Shown piece after piece: positions 38,935-45,933 of a stretch of 51,893 nt of DNA (its first letter is position 1; every line of letters begins with the position of its first letter). A model generated the notes under the pieces. It saw only the letters and a list, made by a program, of their open reading frames with translations. It did not search any database and was not told where the DNA came from. This stretch comes from Acetobacteraceae bacterium (GTDB taxonomy: Bacteria > Bacillota > Sulfobacillia > JAIMBG01), in contig JAIMBG010000002.1 in the NCBI GenBank assembly GCA_023511555.1, positions 1 to 51,893 on the forward strand. The letters are read 5' to 3'. A program made the translations under genes and the position numbers.

Positions 38935-39570
38935 GTGCCCGAAGTCTTGATTTTCACCGATGGAGCTGCCAGGGGGAATCCCGGGGAGGCCGGGATCGGC
39001 ATCGTGCTGTGCAGCCCCGACGGATCCGTGGTGGCCGAGCACAGCGAGTACATCGGCCTCGCCACGAACAACGCGGCCGAGTACTGGGCCGTGATCCGGG
39101 GCCTCGAGGACGCCCGGGCCCGGGGCTTCAAGCGGGTCAAGGTCATAGGGGACAGCGAGCTTTTGATCCGGCAGCTCCAGGGGACCTACAAGGTCCGCAA
39201 CCCCGGGCTGAAGCCGCTCCACGCCCGGGTCGAGGCTCTGATGAGGTCCTTTGCGCAGGTGGAGCTGGAGCACCTCAGCCGCGAGAAGAACCGCCAGGCC
39301 GACCGTCTGGCCAACCAGGCCATCGACAGGGTGATTCGGGACAGCGTCGAGGCCGCCGCCCAGGTGGCTACCCTGGGGACGGCCCCGACCCCTCCCGAGG
39401 GGCGGGGCGAGGCCCCGGCCGGCGCACCGGGTGCCGGCGCTCCCGCCCCCTCGCGGCCGCCCCGGCGGCGTTGGTTCCGCCGGTATCGGCGCCCTCGGGG
39501 AGCCCGTCCCGGACGGATGCGTCGGACCCGGCGGGGGGCCCGGCCGGGCGAGGGTGGAACGACGGGCTAG
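38935..39570 (+). CDS. rnhA: ribonuclease HI-like protein with Arg-rich C-terminal tail
   Basis: IFTDGAARGNPGEAGIG, ATNNAAEYWAVIRGLE, GDSELLIRQL and NRQADRLAN (the DEDD catalytic pattern). The C-terminal 70 aa are Pro/Arg-rich. Confidence 0.8.
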   Translation: MPEVLIFTDGAARGNPGEAGIGIVLCSPDGSVVAEHSEYIGLATNNAAEYWAVIRGLEDARARGFKRVKVIGDSELLIRQLQGTYKVRNPGLKPLHARVEALMRSFAQVELEHLSREKNRQADRLANQAIDRVIRDSVEAAAQVATLGTAPTPPEGRGEAPAGAPGAGAPAPSRPPRRRWFRRYRRPRGARPGRMRRTRRGARPGEGGTTG

Positions 39571-39599
39571 GCGGGCCGGCGGGCGGGCCTGGGGATGCG

Positions 39600-39628
39600 T
39601 TGACAGGGGCGGCCGGGGGTGCTAAGAT
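39600..39628 (+). promoter_or_regulatory. consensus sigma-A promoter upstream of rnpB
   Basis: TTGACA (39600-39605), a 17-nt spacer ending in TGc, then TAAGAT (39623-39628). Confidence 0.6.
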
Positions 39629-39715
39629 AGGGCGTGGAAGCGGGCCCGGCGGGGCGCAGCGCGAGCTGCGCGGGACGCTCCGGCGGGAGCCTGGCCGGGG
39701 CCGTGGACGATGGAG

Positions 39716-40088
39716 GACTGGCAACCAGGCCGGGCGGCCGCGGGCACAGGTGCCGCAAGGCCGTGTCCGAGGAAAGTCCGAGCTTCGCAGGGCAGGGCGC
39801 CGGGTAACGCCCGGTGGGGGCGACCCCAAGGAAAGTGCCACAGAAACACACCGCCGGCCTCGCGCCCCGGGCGCGGGGCGGGCAAGGGTGAAATGGTGCG
39901 GTAAGAGCGCACCAGCGGCCGGGTAACCGGCCGGCTGGGTAAACCCCGCCCGGAGCAAGGCCAAATAGGAGGGGGATGACGCGGCCCGCCGACCCCTCGG
40001 GTTCGGCCGCTGGAGGGGCCGGGCGACCGGTCTCCTAGATTGATGGCCGCCCCAGACAGAACTCGGCTTACAGGCCTGGTTGCTGAAG
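39716..40088 (+). ncRNA. rnpB: RNase P RNA, bacterial type A
   Basis: Universal blocks are present: GAGGAAAGTCCGAGC (P4 5' strand), CACAGAAACA, GGGTGAAATGGTGCGGTAAGAGCGCACC, GGGTAAACCCCGCCCGGAGCAAGGCCAAATAGG and ACAGAACTCGGCTTA (P4 3' strand). P1 pairs GCAACCAGGCC (39721-39731) with GGCCTGGTTGC (40073-40083). The ends are approximate. Confidence 0.92.
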
Positions 40089-40136
40089 CCGGCAGAGGGG
40101 CCCGCCCCCCAGGAGGGGGCGGGCCCCCCGGCTTTG
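40085..40136 (+). terminator. strong hairpin terminator after rnpB
   Basis: A perfect 13-bp stem GGGGCCCGCCCCC-CAGGA-GGGGGCGGGCCCC is extended by AGCCGG/CCGGCT and followed by TTTG. Confidence 0.7.
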
Positions 40137-40199
40137 CCGGCTCGGGCGGCAGGACCGGCCGCTGCGGGCCGCGAAAGGGAGCCTGGGAGGTGAGGGGGG

Positions 40200-41372
40200 A
40201 TGTTAGCTGGCGCGGCGGGCGGGCGCAGAGCGGGCGCCGGGCGCGGTCTCAGGGGCGCCAAGGCGGAGGGCGCGGGCCTGGGGGTGCCTTTGCCGACGGA
40301 GCGCTTCGACCAGCGGCAGACGGTGTTCGCCAGGGCGCGGCGAGGGGAGCTGGGGGAGGCCGCGCTGGCCTGGGCCCTAAACGACGGGGTCCTGGAGTTC
40401 GACATTGCAGGAAACTGGGGCCTGGGAGCGGCGGCTTTGAGCCGGGCGGGGTTTGGCCTTGCCGGGGACCTGGAGTCCCTGCTGGACGGGCCCGTCGCGG
40501 CCCGGCGGGTGGCGGTGCCGGGGCCCCGGGCCATGTCCCGGGTCATCAAGGAGGTGGCCCGGTACCTCGGGGCAGACCTGGTCGGCGTGACCCGCTTCCA
40601 CCCTGCTTTCCTCTACAGCCACGACCAGGAAGGGCGCCCTCTGGCCAGCGACCATGCATTCGCCGTGGTCGTGGGACGGGCCATGGACTACGGCCACCTG
40701 CTCGGCAGCCCGGACCTGCCGTCCGGCGCCGCCACGGGCAAGGGCTACGCCGAGGTGGCTTTCATCGCTGCTTTCCTGGCCTCGTACATCCGGCGGCTGG
40801 GCTACTCTGCCCACGGGCACCGGAATCAGCGGGTGCTGCAGGTGCCCCTTGCGGTGAGCGCCGGCCTGGGGGAACTGGGCCGCTGTGGATTCGTGGTGTC
40901 GGCGCGGCTGGGGCCCCGGTTCCGGCTGGCCTCGGTGACCACCGACCTGCCGCTGGAGCCCGACCGGCCCGTCCGGCTGGGGGTAGAGGGTTTCTGCCGG
41001 GCCTGCCGCAAGTGTGCCCGGGCCTGCCCCTCGGGTGCCATCCCCGAGGGGAACCCGGTGGTGGTGCGGGGCGTGCGGCGGTGGCACATCGATGCCCTGC
41101 GCTGCTTCGGCTTCTGGGTCTCTCTGCGCGAGCGCTCGTACCAGTGCGCCCGCTGCATCTCCGCCTGCCCCTGGAACAAGCCTGACGCTCTTTACCATCG
41201 GGCCGCGGCCGGCCTGGTGCGCCGGGTGCCGGCCGCGTCCCGGGCACTGCTGTGGCTTGACGATGCCCTGGGGTTCGGGCGGCCGCGCCGGGCCGGAGGG
41301 GTGGGAGGAAAGGGAAGAGGTTCTGCGGACACTGCCGCCGGGGGCGGGGCCGCCCGCGGTCCCTGGTGGTGA
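40200..41372 (+). CDS. reductive-dehalogenase-family (RdhA-like) 4Fe-4S protein
   Basis: ERFDQRQTVF and IKEVARYLGADLVGVT, with two ferredoxin-type clusters: FCRACRKCARACPSGAI and CARCISACPWNKP. The start is uncertain; GTG 40284 is also possible. Confidence 0.6.
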   Translation: MLAGAAGGRRAGAGRGLRGAKAEGAGLGVPLPTERFDQRQTVFARARRGELGEAALAWALNDGVLEFDIAGNWGLGAAALSRAGFGLAGDLESLLDGPVAARRVAVPGPRAMSRVIKEVARYLGADLVGVTRFHPAFLYSHDQEGRPLASDHAFAVVVGRAMDYGHLLGSPDLPSGAATGKGYAEVAFIAAFLASYIRRLGYSAHGHRNQRVLQVPLAVSAGLGELGRCGFVVSARLGPRFRLASVTTDLPLEPDRPVRLGVEGFCRACRKCARACPSGAIPEGNPVVVRGVRRWHIDALRCFGFWVSLRERSYQCARCISACPWNKPDALYHRAAAGLVRRVPAASRALLWLDDALGFGRPRRAGGVGGKGRGSADTAAGGGAARGPWW

Positions 41373-41466
41373 GGAAGCCCTCGCGGCCAGCAGGCGTTGC
41401 GGGCGGCATCGGGGCAGGGCCGGGCATTTGGCCCGGCAACGGCTCTGATCCTGAGAACGGCCTTTA

Positions 41467-41670
41467 GACCCCGGACCCCGGGCCGGGGGGCGCAGCTAGA
41501 GTCTGGCAGCTAGCTCCTTTCTAACGGACGTGGTCGACCTCGACGATGCGCCAGAGCGGGTCCACCACCTCGAGGGTCGGAGGCGAGTAAGCGTCCACTG
41601 TCTCACCCCCCTTATCGGGGTTGTGGGGATCCTCCCGTGCAGCTCTGCCCCCGCCCGGGCGTCCGGGGTC
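41467..41670 (-). repeat. copy A of an approximately 200-nt duplicated cassette (inverted-repeat arms bracketing sORF A)
   Basis: The arms GACCCCGGACCCCGGG (41467-41482) and CCCGGGCGTCCGGGGTC (41654-41670) are complementary apart from 1 nt. The interior aligns with 42493-42693, including the SD sequence, the start codon and CTCGAGGGTCGGAG. Confidence 0.75.
41521..41598 (-). CDS. sORF A, candidate RiPP precursor peptide (25 aa: MDAYSPPTLEVVDPLWRIVEVDHVR)
   Basis: GTG start lies 4 nt after AAGGGGGGTGAGA (Shine-Dalgarno-like); TAG stop. It is a paralogue of sORF B, with synonymous differences at conserved residues. It is not in the ORF track because it is below the size cutoff. Confidence 0.6.
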   Translation of the reverse strand: MDAYSPPTLEVVDPLWRIVEVDHVR

Positions 41671-41767
41671 ATCTGCCTGCCAGGGCTGCCCTGTCTGCCA
41701 GGGCCGCCCGCTTTCAGCCCTTCTTGCTCGGCCTCCCTCCGCCTCGGGCCGGCCGCCGCCGGGGGCG

Positions 41768-42316
41768 TCATCCGGCCTCGGGCCGGTGCCACTTCTTGAG
41801 GAACCCCCCGAGTGCCCGGTACAAGGGCAGGAAGAGGACGGAGTTGATGCCGCTGTGGAGCAGGTTGAAGGGGACGATAGTGGGCAGGATCATGGGCACC
41901 ACAACCGCCCGGGGCACGCCCAGGTAGATGGGGGTCACGATGAGGTTGGCGGGGACCATGACCGCGGCACGGGCTATGATGCCGCAGGCCAGCCCCAGCA
42001 CCGCCCCTCCCCAGCTCGGCCTGCGCCGGTAGATCAGGCCCGCCACGCATACGAAGGCGCTGGCCGCGATGAAGTGCATCAACCCTCCCCAGGGCCCGCC
42101 CTTGCCGGTGATCAGCACGAACAGCGAAGCGGTGATCAGTGCCAGTACCGCTCCCACGCCGGGGCCCAAAGCGAAGGAGCCCATCACGATCGGCAGGTCC
42201 CCCGGCGAGTACAGCAGGAATGGGGCGGCGGGGAGGACGGGAAAGTGTACGGTCACCTCGAGCAGGAGAGACAAGCCGGCCAGGATCGCGGTGGTCGTAA
42301 GCTTGCGTGCGTTCAA
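41768..42316 (-). CDS. ECF-transporter S-component-like membrane protein (RibU/ECF_trnsprt-like)
   Basis: 182 aa with about 5-6 TM helices. HFPVLPAAPFLLYSPGDLPIVMGSFALGPGVGA, GGLMHFIAASAFV and IVPFNLLHSGINSV resemble the RibU-type substrate-capture subunit. TTG start lies 7 nt after AGGAGG. Confidence 0.65.
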   Translation of the reverse strand: MNARKLTTTAILAGLSLLLEVTVHFPVLPAAPFLLYSPGDLPIVMGSFALGPGVGAVLALITASLFVLITGKGGPWGGLMHFIAASAFVCVAGLIYRRRPSWGGAVLGLACGIIARAAVMVPANLIVTPIYLGVPRAVVVPMILPTIVPFNLLHSGINSVLFLPLYRALGGFLKKWHRPEAG

Positions 42317-42492
42317 GGCGCAACCTCCTAAGCGGCCCGGCCCCTGGGGACTTCCGCCGCGGTGTCCCGGGGCCCGGCGAAGTCGTTGGCATGCGGACGC
42401 GCCTTGCGGCGCGCCCTCGCGTGACCACCCGCCAATTCTACGCCGTACCGGGCGATTCCTCCTGGCAGGCTTTCGGGCCTGGGGGCCAGCCG

Positions 42493-42693
42493 CCCCCGGA
42501 CGCCCTGCAGGGCTACAAGCTACGTTGCGGCGGCTCCTTGACGTCTAAGGCGATATCACGTCGACCTGGACGCTACGCCACGAGGGATCAAGAAGCTCGA
42601 GGGTCGGAGCGACGTACGTGTCCACGTCCTCACCCCCCGCCGAGAAGTGTCCCACGCCTGCCGCATCGGCCCATCCCTGAGGGCGTCCGGGGA
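42493..42693 (-). repeat. copy B of the duplicated cassette (inverted-repeat arms bracketing sORF B)
   Basis: The arms CCCCCGGACGCCCTGCAGGG (42493-42512) and CCCTGAGGGCGTCCGGGGA (42675-42693) are complementary apart from a 1-nt bulge. The right arm starts 2 nt after the radical SAM stop codon. Confidence 0.75.
42545..42625 (-). CDS. sORF B, candidate RiPP precursor peptide (26 aa: MDTYVAPTLELLDPSWRSVQVDVISP)
   Basis: GTG start follows GGGGGGTGAGG; TAG stop. It lies 69 nt downstream of the radical SAM gene on the same strand. It shares MD.Y..PTLE..DP.WR.V.VD with sORF A. Confidence 0.6.
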   Translation of the reverse strand: MDTYVAPTLELLDPSWRSVQVDVISP

Positions 42694-42694
42694 C

Positions 42695-43987
42695 CTACGT
42701 TGGGCGGCTGGCTTGCACCGCGAGGATCATCTTGACGTATCCCCTCTTGAGGTCGTCCACCGACATGGTGTCGGTCTCACATGTAGGGCAGGTCAGCTCG
42801 TACCGCGAGAAGTCGTGCCCCAGTATGGTCACCCCCAGCTCCCGGGCCCGCTCCCGAATGGCGGTACCGGGGAAGGGGGTCAGCATGCTGACCGTGACCC
42901 GGTCGGGCCGGAGCGTGCGGATGAACTGGCAACTGGCCTCCAGGCTCTGCAGCGTCTCCCCCGGCAGGCCCACGATGAACGTCGCGTAGACCTCCAGGCC
43001 GGCCGCCTGGGCGTTGCGCACCGCCTCCCACGCCTGCTCCACCTTGATCCCCTTGGTGGCGCGGTCCAGCACCTCCTGGGTGCAGCTTTCGATTCCGACC
43101 AGCACCCCGGTGCAGCCGGAGTCCCTCAGCATCTCGGCGACCCCGCGCGTCAGGCTGTCGGCCCGGGTGTTGCAGGCCCACCGCACGCCCAGGCCGCTGG
43201 AGCCGAGCAGCCGGCACAGCTCCTCCAGGCGGCGGCGGCTGAGCACGAAGGTGTCGTCGCAGAACAGCACCTTGTTCACGCCGTAGTCGGTGCCCAGGGA
43301 CGCGATCTCTTCCACCACCCGACGCGGCGAGTGGGTTCGGACGCGGGTCCCCGAAAACGCAGAGGCTGAGCAGAACGTGCAGCCGAAGGGGCACCCCCGC
43401 GCCGACCCCACCAGCCCCTGCTGCTCCACGTCGTAGAGGTGCATGGGGAGCAGGTGCCGGGCGGGGGGCGGGAGGCTGTCGAGGTCGTGCACCGGCTCAG
43501 GTTGCGGGCCGACGGTGATCCTGCCGTTCCCCTCCCGGACCGCCAGGCCGGGACAGCCCGAGAGCGGCTCCCCCCGGTCCAGCCGCCGCACGGCCTCGAC
43601 GATCGCGGTCTCCCCCTCATAGAGGCAGACGGCGTCGGCCACGCCCGTGTCCAGAAGCCGCCTGTGCTCGAAGGTGGCGTGGTTGCCCCCCAGGATCAGG
43701 GCGGCCTCCGGCAGCAGGGCCCTGACGGTCCGTGCGGCCTCCACAGCCCCCGGCTCGGTGAACGACATGTTCAGTGAGATTCCGACCAGGCGGGGGGGAG
43801 GCTGAAGGTAGCCGGCTATGTCCCGGCCCGACAGCTTCATGACGGCCATGTCCAGGACGGAGGGGCGGGCCCCTGCCCTCTCGAGCACTGCAGCCAGGCT
43901 GGCCAGCCCCAGCGGAGGGGCGAAGCGGGATGAGGAATGGCGAAAGGCGTGATAAGGCCACGGCGGGTTGACCAGAAGCACTCTCAT
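42695..43987 (-). CDS. B12-binding-domain radical SAM protein
   Basis: N-terminal Rossmann-like cobalamin-binding-type region (RVLLVNPP...LGLASLAAVLERAG...LVGIS...ILGGNHAT), followed by the CxxxCxxC cluster motif GCPFGCTFCSA and a TIM-barrel core. Confidence 0.85.
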   Translation of the reverse strand: MRVLLVNPPWPYHAFRHSSSRFAPPLGLASLAAVLERAGARPSVLDMAVMKLSGRDIAGYLQPPPRLVGISLNMSFTEPGAVEAARTVRALLPEAALILGGNHATFEHRRLLDTGVADAVCLYEGETAIVEAVRRLDRGEPLSGCPGLAVREGNGRITVGPQPEPVHDLDSLPPPARHLLPMHLYDVEQQGLVGSARGCPFGCTFCSASAFSGTRVRTHSPRRVVEEIASLGTDYGVNKVLFCDDTFVLSRRRLEELCRLLGSSGLGVRWACNTRADSLTRGVAEMLRDSGCTGVLVGIESCTQEVLDRATKGIKVEQAWEAVRNAQAAGLEVYATFIVGLPGETLQSLEASCQFIRTLRPDRVTVSMLTPFPGTAIRERARELGVTILGHDFSRYELTCPTCETDTMSVDDLKRGYVKMILAVQASRPT

Positions 43988-44018
43988 GGCCCGCTCCTCC
44001 CGACCTAACCCGCGCTCA

Positions 44019-44372
44019 TTACTCGTCGGGCACCAGGAACTTGCCCTCTTTCAGGGCTTCCAGGAAGCGTTCCAGATCCCTTCGCAGAACGTCTTCAGGG
44101 ACGCGGGGGAAGCGCTGCGCCAGCCGGGCCAGCATGGCCTGGGGGGGAGTACCCCCGTCGCACATCTCCCAGACCATCAGGCCCACATCGTTCACCAGGC
44201 CGACGCGCCCCGAGACCAGGTCGATGAGGGCGGTCTTGCCCTCGTAGGCCACGGAGTCCACGTCGTCGCGCCGGCGGGGGCAGGCCGACCCGGCCCCGGT
44301 GCCCCCAGGGGCGGGGTCCGCCGGTGCCGCCTCGGCCGCTGAGCGGGCGGCTGTGTCTCCACCCTCCCCCAT
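44019..44372 (-). CDS. PqqD-family protein (stand-alone RiPP recognition element-like)
   Basis: ALIDLVSGRVGLVNDVGLMVWEMCDGGTPPQAMLARLAQRFPRVPEDVLRRDLERFLEALKEGKFLV fits the PqqD pattern. ATG 44372 lies 7 nt after AGGGGGTG. The ORF-track start at 44498 lies in AT-rich intergenic DNA. Confidence 0.75.
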   Translation of the reverse strand: MGEGGDTAARSAAEAAPADPAPGGTGAGSACPRRRDDVDSVAYEGKTALIDLVSGRVGLVNDVGLMVWEMCDGGTPPQAMLARLAQRFPRVPEDVLRRDLERFLEALKEGKFLVPDE

Positions 44373-44634
44373 GCTGGGCACCCCCTGCGGTTTTGCAGTC
44401 GTTCCCTGAGTGAATAATACGCTACAAATTAGGGCTTTCCTCCTGCAAAGGGAAAAAACTACATCGAAGCCTGCGCCTGGCGGCTTGTGGACGGCCACCC
44501 CCTCTGGGGCGCCTCTGTGAAGGACTCGCAGCCCCGGGCGTGGAACCTCTCCCCCGGGAGCCGGTTCACCATAGAGAGACTCGACGGCCGGTCACTGGCG
44601 CCCCCGTGGGGCGGCAGGGAAGGGGGGGTCTTAG

Positions 44635-45933
44635 GTGGGTGAAGGACGGCGGTGGTCAGGAGGGGGGCGGGCGGTCTGCGCCCTGTCCCTGGCGGTCTTG
44701 GTTTCGGTCCTGGCGTCCGCGCCGGCCGTTGCCGGCGGGGGGCTGGGGGCGGCCGCCGGGGGTGCCCCCCCGGCGGGGGGGGGGACGGCGGCGTCCTTCC
44801 CCCTCTCGCTGGACAGCGCGGTCGCCCTGGCGCTCGACTCAAGCCCGCGGCTGAAGGCGGCCGAGCTTGCCCTAAGCCAGGCCCGGACCGCGCTTAAGAT
44901 GGCGGAGGCGGCGGCCGACGACGCCCCGGAGGAGCCGCCGGAGGTGCCTTCCATCCCCGGGGTCCCTCTGCCGGCGGTGACCGTCCGGGACTACATCGAG
45001 CTCGCCAGGCTAAAGGAGCTTGGCCCGCGGCAGGCCAGGGCGGCCGTGGCGGTGGCGGAGGCGGCGCTCCACACCGCCGAGCTCGGGGTGCGCTTCGAGG
45101 TGGAGAAGGCGTTCTACGAGCTGATCAAGGCCAAGGGCCTTCTGGACGTGGCTCGGCTCGCCCTGCAGCGGGGGGAGAGGCAACTCGACCAGGCCAGGGC
45201 GTTCCTGGAGGCGGGGACGGTGGCCCGGACCGACCTTCTGGCCGCCGAGGTCGCGGTGGCCGGGCTGAAGGCTAACCTGGTCACAGCCGACAGGCTGTAC
45301 CGGTTAGCCATGATGAACCTCAATCGGGCGATGGCCTACAGCCTGGAAGCGGTATGGGAGCCGGCGGAGGGGGAGGGTGAGATCGGCGGGCTGGGCGTGG
45401 CGGCCCCTGGAGAGGGGTCGGGCGCGGAGGGCGGCGGCACAGCCGCCAGCGGCGCAGAGGCCGCGGAACAGCCCAACCTGGGGTCCGCCCTGGCCCTGGC
45501 GCTTCAGAGCCGCCTGGAGCTAATCCAGGCCCGCGAGGAGCTGGAGTGCCGCCGCCTGGACCATGACATACTGTCGAGGTACTACGCCTCCAACGTCTGG
45601 GAGCGCCGGCAGGCCGCTTACGCGGTCCAGTCCGCCGAGGCGTCGCTGCGTGAGAAGGAGTTGCAGGTGGAGTTCGAGGTCCGCTCCGCCTGGCTCAGCG
45701 TGGACGATGCCCGACAGCGCGTCGCGCTGCTGAACAAGGCCGTGGAGCAGGCCAGGGAGGGCCTCCGCCTGGCAGAGCTGCGCTATGCGGCAGGGCTGGC
45801 AACCAGCCTGGAGGTGCTCTCGGCCCAGGTCAGCCTCAGCCAGGCCGAGGCCCAGGTGGTCCAGGCCGCCTGCGACCTCAAGGTGGCCCTGGCGGCGTTC
45901 CGGCTGGCGGCAGCCTGGGGGGTGGCAGAGTGA
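44635..45933 (+). CDS. TolC-family outer membrane efflux protein
   Basis: A signal-like N-terminus, then two OEP repeats (LSLDSAVALALDSSPRLKAAELAL...; ...LEVLSAQVSLSQAEAQVVQAACDLKVALAAFRLA). Confidence 0.8.
   Translation: MGEGRRWSGGGRAVCALSLAVLVSVLASAPAVAGGGLGAAAGGAPPAGGGTAASFPLSLDSAVALALDSSPRLKAAELALSQARTALKMAEAAADDAPEEPPEVPSIPGVPLPAVTVRDYIELARLKELGPRQARAAVAVAEAALHTAELGVRFEVEKAFYELIKAKGLLDVARLALQRGERQLDQARAFLEAGTVARTDLLAAEVAVAGLKANLVTADRLYRLAMMNLNRAMAYSLEAVWEPAEGEGEIGGLGVAAPGEGSGAEGGGTAASGAEAAEQPNLGSALALALQSRLELIQAREELECRRLDHDILSRYYASNVWERRQAAYAVQSAEASLREKELQVEFEVRSAWLSVDDARQRVALLNKAVEQAREGLRLAELRYAAGLATSLEVLSAQVSLSQAEAQVVQAACDLKVALAAFRLAAAWGVAE

Noticed and set aside
39368-40549. 393-aa minus-strand ORF and several plus-strand ORFs (38886-39926, 40040-41185) across the rnpB region.
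   Set aside because: They overlap an unmistakable RNase P RNA gene and its terminator. Their translations are Arg/Pro/Gly-rich noise.
42317-42544. Known riboswitch (FMN, TPP, cobalamin, preQ1, THF) or T-box in the leader of the ECF-S-like gene; GGGTGGTCACGCG at 42418-42430 is close to the T-box core.
   Set aside because: None of the conserved cores I know is present: the FMN GGGGCAGGGTGAAATTCCC/GCCGACGG blocks, the TPP CTGAGA/ACCTGATCTGGATAATGCC blocks, or the B12 box. For a T-box, no Stem I, specifier or GA-motif features and no canonical 7-nt bulge geometry could be built. The region is left as an unassigned structured leader.
41467-44372. Lasso-peptide gene cluster, suggested by the YxxPxL leader motif and a PqqD-like RRE.
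   Set aside because: No asparagine-synthetase-like cyclase or transglutaminase-like leader peptidase is present. No Thr lies at the expected -2 position (15 residues after the Tyr). Only 5-7 residues would remain as a core, too short for a lasso fold.
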